DNA from: a virus
Lineage: Duplodnaviria; Caudoviricetes
DNA: 53,112 nucleotides
Virus record (IMG/VR): IMGVR_UViG_3300031454_000236
Coordinates: 1-53,112 of that record
Strand: one strand, 5' to 3'
A model generated the notes under the pieces. It was not told the origin of the DNA and searched no databases. It saw only the letters and a list, made by a program, of their open reading frames with translations. This document shows positions 1 through 8,412 of this stretch, in pieces; position 1 is the first letter of the stretch, and each line of letters opens with the position of its first letter. The position numbers and the translations under genes are program-made.

Positions 1-936
1 GTGCAGACAGACCCGCTTATTCGCCCGTTTTCGACCGCGATCCGCGCCGCGCTCGACGACTTCCTCCTCGCGCGCCAGATCGAGGGCCGCTCGCCCCAGA
101 CCCTCCGGTACTACCGGCAGGCGCTGGGCCGCTTCGCCGTTTTCGTCGATACCCTGCCGCTCTCCGGGATCACGATCCAGGTCATGCGCCGCTACCTCGC
201 CCACCTCGGCGCGAGCGGGCTGGCGACCCAATCGCAGCACAACTACGTGGTCGCCACGAAGACGTTCCTGCGCTGGCTCGAAGAGGAGGGCGAGTACGCG
301 ATCGACGTGCGCTGGCTCGACCGGATCAGGCCGCCGCGCGCCGTGACCGATCAGACGCAGCCGTTCGCCGACGAGGAGATCCGACGACTGTTCGCCGGTG
401 TTGCGGGCGGATGGAGCGGCCATCGCCTGCGCGCCATCCTCGCCCTCCTGCTCGACACCGGGCTGCGCGTCGCGGAGGTGTGCGAGCTGCGCGTCTGCGA
501 CGTCGATCTCGCCACGGGGGAGCTGCGGATCAGGGCGGCCACGGTGAAGACGCGCGCGGGGCGGAGCACCTGGCTCGGCCTGCGCGCCAAGCGGTACGTC
601 GCGCGCTGGTGGCAGGAGAAGCGGCACCTCATGGACCCGAACCCGCAGAGCGCCTTCTTCCTCGGGCGCAACGAGCGCCCGGTGACCCCGCGCACGATGC
701 ACCGCCTGCTGACCCGGCACGGCGAGCGCTGCGGCGTGCCGGACGCGCACCCGCACCGTTTCCGGCACACGTTCACGCGCAACTGCATCCGCGCGGGCAT
801 GGATCTGTTCACGGTCCAGAAGCTCCTCGGACACTCCGACCTGACGATGACCAGGAATTATTTCATGCAGGCCGACGCCGATGTGAGCGCGGAGAAACGG
901 GCGAAGTCGCCGCTCGATCGGATCAAGTTGCGCTAG
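1..936 (+). CDS. int: Tyrosine recombinase / phage integrase
   Basis: Catalytic motifs DTGLRVAE (R), HPHRFRHTF (HxxR), LLGHSDL (H) and TRNY (Y), plus an N-terminal SAM-like region. The start is at the window edge. Confidence 0.93.
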   Translation: MQTDPLIRPFSTAIRAALDDFLLARQIEGRSPQTLRYYRQALGRFAVFVDTLPLSGITIQVMRRYLAHLGASGLATQSQHNYVVATKTFLRWLEEEGEYAIDVRWLDRIRPPRAVTDQTQPFADEEIRRLFAGVAGGWSGHRLRAILALLLDTGLRVAEVCELRVCDVDLATGELRIRAATVKTRAGRSTWLGLRAKRYVARWWQEKRHLMDPNPQSAFFLGRNERPVTPRTMHRLLTRHGERCGVPDAHPHRFRHTFTRNCIRAGMDLFTVQKLLGHSDLTMTRNYFMQADADVSAEKRAKSPLDRIKLR

Positions 937-1028
937 ACACACAGCAGCTCCCCGGCCAGGCGGTCGGGGCACGACCATGTCGACGATCAAGCACGAAACA
1001 CGACGATAAGGGGGGTATGCGTGCAGCA

Positions 1029-1061
1029 GAGCCCCGGCGCTGACTCGCAGCGCCGGGGCTC
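1029..1061. terminator. GC-rich hairpin between the convergent integrase and lysis genes
   Basis: Perfect 14-bp stem GAGCCCCGGCGCTG / CAGCGCCGGGGCTC with a 5-nt loop. A second hairpin lies at 1108-1142. No clear U-tract. Confidence 0.5.
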
Positions 1062-1140
1062 GGGAGGTGGGGAGAGGAGGTTGGGCCTCGCGGCCCTGCG
1101 GATGAGGAGCCCACTCCGGGAGCGTGGCCCTCGGAGTGGG

Positions 1141-1506
1141 CTAGGGTGCGGGCACCGGCGCGGTGGATGCGCCGAACTGCGGGCCGGTGCGTTCCAGCGC
1201 AGCAACGGTACCGAGCGGCGTCCAGAAACGGGCGAAACTCGTCCAGGCGCTCGCCAGGATCGCCACGATGTTCAGCGCGATCAGTTGGGCATTGTCGGCG
1301 GCGGACGTGCCCCAGGTGCCGGTATAGCCCTTGGTGAGCACGGTGACGATAAGCGCTACCCCGACACAGACGAGGAACGAGAAGAGCGTCTTGAATCGGG
1401 ACGAGGCGTAATGCGACTGCACCCAGGCGATCGCCAGCGGCAGGGCCGTGCCGATCAGGAATGCGGCGAGCGTCGAGGGGTCGAGGGTCAGCGGCGGCGT
1501 GGTCAC
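1141..1506 (-). CDS. Putative holin
   Basis: 121 aa with about 3 hydrophobic segments; last gene of the lysis cluster. Confidence 0.7.
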   Translation of the reverse strand: MTTPPLTLDPSTLAAFLIGTALPLAIAWVQSHYASSRFKTLFSFLVCVGVALIVTVLTKGYTGTWGTSAADNAQLIALNIVAILASAWTSFARFWTPLGTVAALERTGPQFGASTAPVPAP

Positions 1507-1664
1507 GGTTGACTCCTGCTGCTATACTATACGCTGATGGATTGAGAGGGCCGGGGCGCTCAATCTGCTCTCATCGCCGGACGGTGATAGCTGCGCTCCG
1601 GCCCTCGGTGCGTCCAGTTGCGGTCAGACGGTCGCGCCGAGCATCGGCGCTCGCGCCGTCGCGA

Positions 1665-1943
1665 TCAGAGCCCCGCGACCGCCATCTTGTACTCGGCGCG
1701 CACCCCGTCGCGCGGATCGCAGTATGCGTAGACGTACCACTGCCCATTCTCGGGACGGATACGCACGGCCTGCGTGTTGCTCCCGTCGGGGATGGCGATC
1801 GGCCCCCACGACTTGCCGTTGGCAAAGCCGAACAGGCTACGACCCTGGCGGTAGACTACCGCCGCACCGTGCTCGGCATCCCAGTAGCGGTCGTAGGCGT
1901 TGCTGTCGGACGATACCTCGCGGATCAGGGTCCAACTCATCAT
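1665..1943 (-). CDS. Small beta-rich protein; probably also the C-terminal domain of a frameshifted long endolysin
   Basis: Has its own SD (GGAGG, 1950-1946) and ATG. The frame stays open upstream through a Pro/Thr linker to the slippery site at 2060-2066. Confidence 0.65.
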   Translation of the reverse strand: MMSWTLIREVSSDSNAYDRYWDAEHGAAVVYRQGRSLFGFANGKSWGPIAIPDGSNTQAVRIRPENGQWYVYAYCDPRDGVRAEYKMAVAGL

Positions 1944-2053
1944 GCCCTCCTGTGGTTGTGTCGGCGTTGGCTGCGGCTGCGGCCTGGGTGTCACCACCAC
2001 CGGGGGCGTGGGCGTCGGTGCCGGGACCGGCACGGGCGCGGGGGCCGATGGCG

Positions 2054-3541
2054 TCAGGATTTTGGGATAGGGTAGAAATCCTTGAACGTGTTCTGCTGCT
2101 GCGAGCGCCCGTACCGCTCGCCGTGCTTGTTGATCATCGCGACGCCCTGATCCTGGGTGTTCACCGTCGCGGCTACCACATCCCGCTCGTCCGGCCCGTA
2201 ATTGCTCACCACCACGACCTGCCCGCCGATGATCTGCACCTCGGTCACGCCCACTCTCGGTACGGCCACGTCAACCTCCTGTTGCGCCGGGATCACCGGC
2301 ACCTTGCCGACCGTCTCGCTCGGCGGCGTGTTGATCCGCATACCCGCCACGATCAGCCCGCCCGAAGGGTATGGCACACCTTCTTGGTGATGCCGCATGA
2401 TCGCTTTCACGGCGGCTTGATAATCATCCACGTAATCGGTTATCCGTGGACGGGGACACTCTTTGTACGCACTACCGCAGAATTCTTTGTGCCACATGTT
2501 GAAATCGTAGGTCGCCGCCGTCTGCGCGAACTCCTCGGCGTGGAGGTAGGCTTGTAGCCAGATCGAGGCCGACCACTGGTAGACCGTCACCGCCGCCTCG
2601 CCCGGTGCCACGCGCGCGCCGTTCGCCAGCGTCGTGTCATCGTGCTCGATCGAGACGCCGACATTGTTGACCGCCGCCGCGCCGCCGAAGTGGGCCAGGA
2701 AGCGCGGGCCGTCGCCCTGGGGCGAGCGGACCGGCCCGCTCGCCCAGGGCATCAGCGTCCCCCGAATCTCGCACCACTGGATGATCTGCGCGAAACCGCT
2801 GCCGTTGAAGTTCGTCTGGCCGATCCCGAAATCGGTGAGCGCTTCCACGTCCGGGCCGGGGAAATAGTTGTCGCACGAGCCGAGCGTCCCGGCCATGCTG
2901 TGCAGCACGGTCGCACCGGGCGTGCGTTTGCTGTCGAGCCGCTCCACGCCCACGCCGTCGCGCTTGGGCGGGATGCCGATGATATGATTCGTGATCGGCG
3001 GTTTCGGCACATGTCCCGTCACGCTGCCCCCCTTCGCGGCGCTCGCCGCCTCCTGTGCCCGCCACGCGGCCATCTGCGCCAGCACGCCGCGCACGTAGGC
3101 CGTCGGGTCGTTCCCGTCCGTCGCGGGTGCCCACGTCGGAATAATCTGCGTCACAGTCGTCTTGCCCTGATAGGGCGCGTAGTCCACGAAGCGGGCGACC
3201 GTAGCGATCCCGCCGTCGATCCAGTCGCGGAAGACCGGGAACTGTCCTGAGCGCGCCTCGCCCGGCGTGGTCATCCGTACCGGCGTCACCCCGCCGTGTG
3301 TCGGCAGGCGGGTATTTCCCCACGAGTGGGTGATCGTCGCGGTGCCAGCCTTGCCCATGCCCGATTCGCGATTGAACATGGCGATAATGAAGGAAGGCGA
3401 GACCCCCCGCTTGACACAGTATTGATAGACCGCGTGGCCCGCCGAGAGGGCCGGGCTACCAGCGGCTTTCAGCGCGCCGATGAAGGTCAACTCGCTGATG
3501 TCGGGAGTGACGCCGATCACGCGATAGTCTGCGAGTGTCAC
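2054..3541 (-). CDS. Endolysin: N-terminal glucosaminidase/lysozyme-like domain plus Amidase_2 domain
   Basis: First domain: AMFNRESGMG...TVTQIIPTWAPATDGNDPTAY. Amidase-like motifs: VLHSMAG, NNVGVSIEH, WHKEF...KECP. The GTG start overlaps the upstream TGA (GTGA). Confidence 0.85.
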   Translation of the reverse strand: MTLADYRVIGVTPDISELTFIGALKAAGSPALSAGHAVYQYCVKRGVSPSFIIAMFNRESGMGKAGTATITHSWGNTRLPTHGGVTPVRMTTPGEARSGQFPVFRDWIDGGIATVARFVDYAPYQGKTTVTQIIPTWAPATDGNDPTAYVRGVLAQMAAWRAQEAASAAKGGSVTGHVPKPPITNHIIGIPPKRDGVGVERLDSKRTPGATVLHSMAGTLGSCDNYFPGPDVEALTDFGIGQTNFNGSGFAQIIQWCEIRGTLMPWASGPVRSPQGDGPRFLAHFGGAAAVNNVGVSIEHDDTTLANGARVAPGEAAVTVYQWSASIWLQAYLHAEEFAQTAATYDFNMWHKEFCGSAYKECPRPRITDYVDDYQAAVKAIMRHHQEGVPYPSGGLIVAGMRINTPPSETVGKVPVIPAQQEVDVAVPRVGVTEVQIIGGQVVVVSNYGPDERDVVAATVNTQDQGVAMINKHGERYGRSQQQNTFKDFYPIPKS

Positions 3542-4239
3542 GCCGTCACCGCCTTCCGCGTCGTATGCGGCACCTCGGTCGGCGCTACGCACTCGCCGTC
3601 CTCCTTCAGTAGACGTTCAAGGTCTGCGAAACTGAGAAAGAAATACCCGAATGTTGACCACGATGTGAGGCAGCGTACCGCCTGTCGCCGGAGATCGACC
3701 CCCACGATCAGGATGCAGTGGCCGCCTACGATGCGCGAGCGCGGGGTGATCCGCATGAAGCCGTCCTGGTCCCGCGCGAAGAACGAATCCCGCCACGCGA
3801 ATCCCGCCACCAGCGGGCCGTGCCAGGAGAGCCAGTCGATCGCGGTGTCCACGTCGTAGGCCCAGCCGTAGGCACCGATCAGCCCCAACTCTTGCAGCGC
3901 CTTTGCCCCGGCCCGGACGCTCGTCCCCATCTGCCGCTGCGTGTCGCGGTCGTTGTCCGGGAACTCATCGAGCAGGATCGCCCGGTCGTAGATCGCGAAC
4001 GGGGACGGCGCGGGGTCGCCCAGCGGCTGCGGCGTGCCGGTCAGCAGGTGTCTGAATGCATGACCGACGCATGTCCCCGTTTCCCCTTGATCCAGCCAGC
4101 GCGCCATCAGGGGCCACATCTTCGTGCGTGGCGGCTGTGGGGCGGTCGCCCGTAAGAGGAAGGCGTGGTCGCGCGCATCTGGAGCGTGGTGCCTGCCGAG
4201 TCCAGGTCGTTGCGGCGGGATCAGCGTCGATCCGGTCAT
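3538..4239 (-). CDS. Papain-like (C1) cysteine peptidase
   Basis: DQGETGTCVG (Q and catalytic C), GGHCILIVG (H), and TSW at the NSW position. Translationally coupled at both ends. Confidence 0.8.
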   Translation of the reverse strand: MTGSTLIPPQRPGLGRHHAPDARDHAFLLRATAPQPPRTKMWPLMARWLDQGETGTCVGHAFRHLLTGTPQPLGDPAPSPFAIYDRAILLDEFPDNDRDTQRQMGTSVRAGAKALQELGLIGAYGWAYDVDTAIDWLSWHGPLVAGFAWRDSFFARDQDGFMRITPRSRIVGGHCILIVGVDLRRQAVRCLTSWSTFGYFFLSFADLERLLKEDGECVAPTEVPHTTRKAVTA

Positions 4240-4577
4240 TCGCCGCCCCCTCCTGGTGGTATCGGCACGCCCGCCGCCTCGTGCGCGGCGGTGATCAGGC
4301 GCAGGCCCTCGCGGGCGTAGCGCGCGGTGTAGGCGTTGACGTGCGGCAAGGGTGTCCCGGCCATCAGCGCGGTCAGATAGATGTGCAGATTGCGGTGACT
4401 GGACCGACACAAAGGGACCGTTTCACGGTTCCGCACCCGCCCCCAGAGGAAAATTTGCGAGTACTGAGGGTGGATATGGTGCCGCTCTATTTGCAGCGGG
4501 ATCGGCACGTGGCGTTGGCAACACTGGCACGGTTCGTCGCTGAATGGCGCGGTGCGTGGTGGTGAGGTCCCGCTCAT
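4236..4577 (-). CDS. Small HNH-like endonuclease
   Basis: CQCC...ERHHIHP...VPLCRSSHRNLH; ATGA overlaps with both neighbours. Confidence 0.65.
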   Translation of the reverse strand: MSGTSPPRTAPFSDEPCQCCQRHVPIPLQIERHHIHPQYSQIFLWGRVRNRETVPLCRSSHRNLHIYLTALMAGTPLPHVNAYTARYAREGLRLITAAHEAAGVPIPPGGGGE

Positions 4578-5170
4578 CGGTCCCCCTCCCGATCGGCGTG
4601 GGGCGGCTTCTTGCCCTCGTCGCGCGCCTCGATCGTCACCGCCGTGTTCTCGCGGAGCGCCGTCGTCAACTCGTCGTGGGTCTGCTGCGCCGCGTCGCGC
4701 GCCTCCGTGGAGACATCCGTGTTGTGGCTCAACTCCGCCATCGTCTCGGCGTGATGTGAGTGGTTCACGTCCCGCTCGGTACTTTCGAGGTAGGCGAGGA
4801 GTTGCGCGCGACGGACCCGCGTGAAGAGCGCCACCAGGGTCAGGCTGGCTTCGATCAGCACGATGCCGACCGTCACGACGACGAGCGTGGTCGTGACCGG
4901 GCGCGCGGGGTTCTCCGGGGGCGTCACCATCGAGAGGACGCCGATCACCACCGCGATCACCTGCGGCAGGGTGAGGCCCGCCTGGATGCCGATGGCCGTC
5001 CGCACCGCGATTCTCTTCGCCCCGTTCTGCCCCCGCCGGTCGAGCGCGCGCGCGTCGAGCTGCACGTCGCGCAGGAGCCAGAGATTGATCATGAGCGCCA
5101 GCACCCCGGTCAGCGTCCACAGCAGCTCGGGCGGGTTGGCCGTCTCGCGCAGGTTACCGAACATGGTCAT
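4574..5170 (-). CDS. Membrane protein of the lysis module (about 3 TM segments plus a coiled tail)
   Basis: Hydrophobic segments; GGAGG SD; translationally coupled. Confidence 0.6.
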   Translation of the reverse strand: MTMFGNLRETANPPELLWTLTGVLALMINLWLLRDVQLDARALDRRGQNGAKRIAVRTAIGIQAGLTLPQVIAVVIGVLSMVTPPENPARPVTTTLVVVTVGIVLIEASLTLVALFTRVRRAQLLAYLESTERDVNHSHHAETMAELSHNTDVSTEARDAAQQTHDELTTALRENTAVTIEARDEGKKPPHADREGDR

Positions 5171-5468
5171 GGTCCTCCCGTGCCTTGCGGCGCTGCTGCG
5201 CGCCGATCGTCGCGTCCAGGGCGTCCAGCCGGAGTTCGGCGAGGCGCGTGGCGTCGCTGTGGATCGTCGCGCTCCGCGCCGTCGCCTGCGCCACCCGGCG
5301 CACCTGGTCGCGGACGTGCGGATCGTTCGGCACCAGGTCCGTGCTCGCCGACGGCAGGGGGGGTGGCGCAGCGCCGTCATGCCCCGCCGCGCGCCGCGCC
5401 ATCCACAGCGCGCCGCCGAGCAGCAGGAGTAGCCCGAGCGCGACGGCGAGCGTCTGCACGATCGGCAT
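5154..5468 (-). CDS. Single-TM membrane protein (lysis accessory)
   Basis: N-terminal TM segment VALGLLLLLGGALW. Confidence 0.55.
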   Translation of the reverse strand: MPIVQTLAVALGLLLLLGGALWMARRAAGHDGAAPPPLPSASTDLVPNDPHVRDQVRRVAQATARSATIHSDATRLAELRLDALDATIGAQQRRKAREDHDHVR

Positions 5469-5470
5469 GG

Positions 5471-5731
5471 CTACTCCTTCCCCGGCGCGACCGCGCGCAC
5501 GGCGTTGGCGGAGAGGAGCGCGGCATCGGCCAGTTGGTCGTTGGATTTGAGGAGCGCGTCGATCTTGACGGACTGCGCCGCGACCCGGTCCTTGAGGTCG
5601 AGGATGCGCGCCTCGTAGCCGACCGTGATCGCCGTGATCCGCGCCTCGTACTGTTGCTGCAACAGGCGCGCGAGGCCGAGCGCGACCGCGCCGCTGATGA
5701 TCAGGTTGACCAGGGTATCGCCGACCGGCAT
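5471..5731 (-). CDS. TM plus coiled-coil protein; first gene of the lysis operon
   Basis: N-terminal TM segment, then a repeated YEARI helical segment. Confidence 0.55.
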   Translation of the reverse strand: MPVGDTLVNLIISGAVALGLARLLQQQYEARITAITVGYEARILDLKDRVAAQSVKIDALLKSNDQLADAALLSANAVRAVAPGKE

Positions 5732-5754
5732 CGTCGCTCCCGTTCGTGCGCCAA

Positions 5755-5871
5755 ATACAACAAAGGCGCTGACACAGCCGCCCTCGCAGCCGTCCCAGCG
5801 CCTCTTGTCTCTCGCAGCGCTTTGTATCCGTTTGTTATAGCAATAGTACGACTAGAGGTACGACGCGTCAA
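5755..5871 (-). promoter_or_regulatory. Sigma70-type promoter and terminator-like leader of the lysis operon
   Basis: TTGACG (5871-5866)-N17-TACTAT (5848-5843). Stem AGAGGCGCTG...CAGCGCCTTT (5805-5762) followed by GTTGTATTT. Confidence 0.7.
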
Positions 5872-5874
5872 CCC

Positions 5875-6447
5875 TCATGCCGCGACGCGATTCTCCTGTG
5901 GCACACGGTGGAAGGTGAGCGCCCAAACCCAGGGGTTCGCCTCCCACCCGTAGCCACGCTTGCCGTTGAGCGCCTCCCATGTCTCCTGAAAGCGCGGGCA
6001 GGCGTCATTGCCGAGCGAATACGCCGGGACGCCTAACTCGGCCTCGCAATCCAGTTCGCTGATGTGCTGCAACCGTTCGACGCGGATATCGGTGATCAAC
6101 AGCGTCAGGCGCGAGTCCGAGCGCGACAGGAAGAGGGGCGACTTCCACGCGCCCCGATCGTCGGGATCGTCGGTGGGTGCAGTCGCACGATAGACGACAC
6201 GCGGGGCGGCACCCTCGGTGTGATAGCTCCACCGCCACGCCTCGCGCAACCACAGGCGGTCCCCAACTCGACCATAGGGGCAGAGGTGGACGATTTCGTC
6301 GCCACGGTATAGCGGCTCTTGCGGCGCGATGACACTCGTACGGATCAGGATGCGCTCATCTTTGATCACGCGCCGCGTTTGTGTTTTGTCATCAGTCAGG
6401 ATCGCGCACACCATCGGCGCTGAGAAGATAATCGGTCGCTCTTTCAT
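5875..6447 (-). CDS. Conserved phage protein, ASCH/PUA-like
   Basis: MKERPIIFSAPMVCAIL..KTQTRR, CPYG.VGDRLWLREAW, RVERLQHISE and WEANPWVW. Confidence 0.75.
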   Translation of the reverse strand: MKERPIIFSAPMVCAILTDDKTQTRRVIKDERILIRTSVIAPQEPLYRGDEIVHLCPYGRVGDRLWLREAWRWSYHTEGAAPRVVYRATAPTDDPDDRGAWKSPLFLSRSDSRLTLLITDIRVERLQHISELDCEAELGVPAYSLGNDACPRFQETWEALNGKRGYGWEANPWVWALTFHRVPQENRVAA

Positions 6448-6504
6448 GCCCCCCCCCCTGTCCCGCCGGGGCGCTCGCCGGTCGGAGCGCCCCGCGTCGT
6501 GTGC

Positions 6505-6915
6505 CTACGCCGCATCCGCGAGGCATACCGCCAACAATGCCCGTCTGATCCGCTTCGCTGCTGCGCGATGTTTTGCGGCGTACCTGCGGTATTTTCCAGC
6601 GGGCCAGAGTTCGCCGGAACCCGGCCCGCAATCGCTCGCGAAACCACCCGCGCCGACCGTCTTTGCGAGTTGTTGCAACTCCGGTACGGCGTAGAGTTCC
6701 CACCCCGGATAACCGTCATGCGGGGCCATCACCTCGGCGGCTTCCTCGTTGGCCGCATCATGATCGGCCTCGGCGGCGATGAGTTCCGCCGCCGCCGAGG
6801 TGATCGCTTCCAGCGTGTGCCGAGACAGCCCGGCATAACTGAGACGCATGTAGCAATCGAGCGTCGGCCAGGTGTTGCCGTATAATCGCCGATACCGCTG
6901 CTCTTCGGTCAACAT
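6505..6915 (-). CDS. Hypothetical protein
   Basis: ORF with a GGGAGG SD, co-oriented between real genes. Confidence 0.55.
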   Translation of the reverse strand: MLTEEQRYRRLYGNTWPTLDCYMRLSYAGLSRHTLEAITSAAAELIAAEADHDAANEEAAEVMAPHDGYPGWELYAVPELQQLAKTVGAGGFASDCGPGSGELWPAGKYRRYAAKHRAAAKRIRRALLAVCLADAA

Positions 6916-6933
6916 CGTGATCCTCCCCTACGC

Positions 6934-7362
6934 CTACGCCGCGACCGGCAGTGCGTCCCGCTCGATCAGCCCGCGCCGCGTCCTTCGCCGCCACTCTGCC
7001 CGAGCCGCCAGCAAAGCCACCCGATCCTCGATGCGGCTCCGGCCTGTCCTGATCCGGTAGGTGTCCACGCACAGACGCGACTTGCGCCCCAGCCGCATGA
7101 GTTGCGCGTCCGACATCCAGGCCACGCCGAGCGCGGCCAGTTCCGCCGCCCACGCCGCCTGGATCGCCGCCTCGTGCCAACAACCTTTCAAGCACTCAGC
7201 CGCCTTGCAGGTGCAAAACGTGTTGCCGGTCTGCGTGTCCAGGCTGACGACGTTGGTGCGGCGCGCATCGTGCCGACTCGCCACGGCGTAGGCGACGATC
7301 CCGGTCGTGGTGTCGGCGCTGCGGAATCGGAGGGCGGGGCGGGCGGTCTGTGTGGCGGTCAT
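6934..7362 (-). CDS. SWIM zinc-finger protein (paralog 1)
   Basis: CTCKAAECLKGCWH (CxC...CxH); SD GAAGGAG; paralog at 22099-22536. Confidence 0.75.
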   Translation of the reverse strand: MTATQTARPALRFRSADTTTGIVAYAVASRHDARRTNVVSLDTQTGNTFCTCKAAECLKGCWHEAAIQAAWAAELAALGVAWMSDAQLMRLGRKSRLCVDTYRIRTGRSRIEDRVALLAARAEWRRRTRRGLIERDALPVAA

Positions 7363-7443
7363 GGTGTAGACTCTCCTTCGTGGCTTCGCGGTCACATGAG
7401 GGGCGGATACTCTTGGTCGGGTGCCGCCCCTCTTCATGTCCTA

Positions 7444-7510
7444 ATAATACACCCAAAATATGCGCCTGTCAAGACATTGTGCGGAAGATATTCGCGTGAT
7501 ATACTGTCAA
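7444..7510. promoter_or_regulatory. Divergent sigma70 promoters between the SWIM and XRE genes
   Basis: Minus strand: TTGACA (7472-7467)-N17-TATTAT (7449-7444). Plus strand: TTGTGC (7477-7482)-N17-TATACT (7500-7505) with extended TG. Locally AT-rich. Confidence 0.75.
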
Positions 7511-7533
7511 TATACGATTGAGGCGGAGGGGCA

Positions 7534-7758
7534 ATGAACGGGCTACGGCGACTGAGGGAGCGGCAATTCCTCACGCAGACACAGCTAGCGGAACGTATGG
7601 GACTTGATCGCTACCAGACGGTCTCGGCATGGGAACGTGGCACAGCGAGGCCACGACCGGCCATGATGAAACGACTATGCGAGGCGTTGCAGGTGACTCC
7701 TGACGAGCTGCTAGCAGCACTGGAAGAGGAGGAGAACGATCGTGGCGACCGCAACTAA
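7534..7758 (+). CDS. XRE-family HTH regulator (Cro/CI-like)
   Basis: LRRLRERQFLTQTQLAERMG..YQTVSAWERG...P...KRLCEAL. Confidence 0.9.
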   Translation: MNGLRRLRERQFLTQTQLAERMGLDRYQTVSAWERGTARPRPAMMKRLCEALQVTPDELLAALEEEENDRGDRN

Positions 7759-8023
7759 GGAGATCGTCGTCTATCGGTTGTATGGAGACAGCGGCAGTTT
7801 GCTCTACATCGGCGTTACACAAAACTGGGCGCAACGGCGAGAGCACCACGCCATAGTACAACCGTGGTTCAGCGATGTAGCGCACGCTGAGTTAGAGTCT
7901 TGTCCGACACGCAAAGATGCACTGGCCCGCGAAGCAACCCTGATTCGTGAGTTGAAGCCCCGGTACAACATTCAACATCAGCCCCTACCACCGCTACCGC
8001 CTGTTGAATACATGGAACCATAG
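7742..8023 (+). CDS. Small GIY-YIG nuclease
   Basis: VYRLYG..GSLLYIGVT...R...E..LIRELKPRYN. Confidence 0.8.
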   Translation: MATATKEIVVYRLYGDSGSLLYIGVTQNWAQRREHHAIVQPWFSDVAHAELESCPTRKDALAREATLIRELKPRYNIQHQPLPPLPPVEYMEP

Positions 8024-8025
8024 AA

Positions 8026-8394
8026 AACCTCCGTAGGGGACTCCCGTATTCATACGGGAGGGGAATACGGAGCACTGCCCCGCGACGATAGACAACGTGC
8101 CGTTTTTGGCGTCAGTACTGGGGAAAATGGTATACTTACCCCAGGTCGGACGCTCCGGCGTTGCGGCTCCCTCTGGCGGGCAACCGACCAGAACGCACCT
8201 TGACAACGGATACGTTCAGGTGGGTTCCACCGCCGAATCGCTCGCGGTGGGTAAAGCGTATCGAGCGTCCACAGCTGGTGCAAACGTACCTCCTTCGTGG
8301 GGTACACCGGCCCGGACGGGGCCGTCGGGCGTCAAGCAGGACCATGGTCTTGCTGGTCCGAGAAGCCTCCGGATTCATCCGGGGGAGTCGTCAC
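8026..8394 (+). mobile_element. Non-autonomous, protein-free IS200/IS605-family element carrying a structured RNA
   Basis: The left end (hairpin 8041-8060) aligns with the tnpB element's left end (12746-12765), with compensatory changes. The right end GAAGCCTCCGGATTCATCCGGGGGAGTCGTCAC resembles 13962-13994. Both elements follow CATNGAA. Confidence 0.78.
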
Positions 8395-8412
8395 TGATCG
8401 GCTACTACACTA
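8137..8412 (+). ncRNA. Candidate omega-RNA-like transcript of the mini-element (3' guide = flank from 8395)
   Basis: Extended -10 TGGTATACT (8128-8136). Nested stems TACCCCA/TGGGGTA, GGACGCTC/GAGCGTCC, GATACG/CGTATC and CCACCGC/GCGGTGG, a GCAA tetraloop, then the IS right-end hairpin. Confidence 0.55.

Noticed and set aside
937-1140. attP/attL site or tRNA fragment next to the integrase
   Set aside because: Only hairpins are visible; no duplicated core or tRNA-like sequence could be identified in the window.
8137-8310. Group I intron (IStron) within the mini-element
   Set aside because: No recognisable P7/R-S core sequences, the region is short, and the element ends in C rather than a terminal G. 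A formal Infernal scan is still needed.
8097-8393. N-terminal 99 codons of ORF 8097-8612 as real protein
   Set aside because: They lie within the IS-like structured element. Only the part from 8394 looks like an HTH protein.
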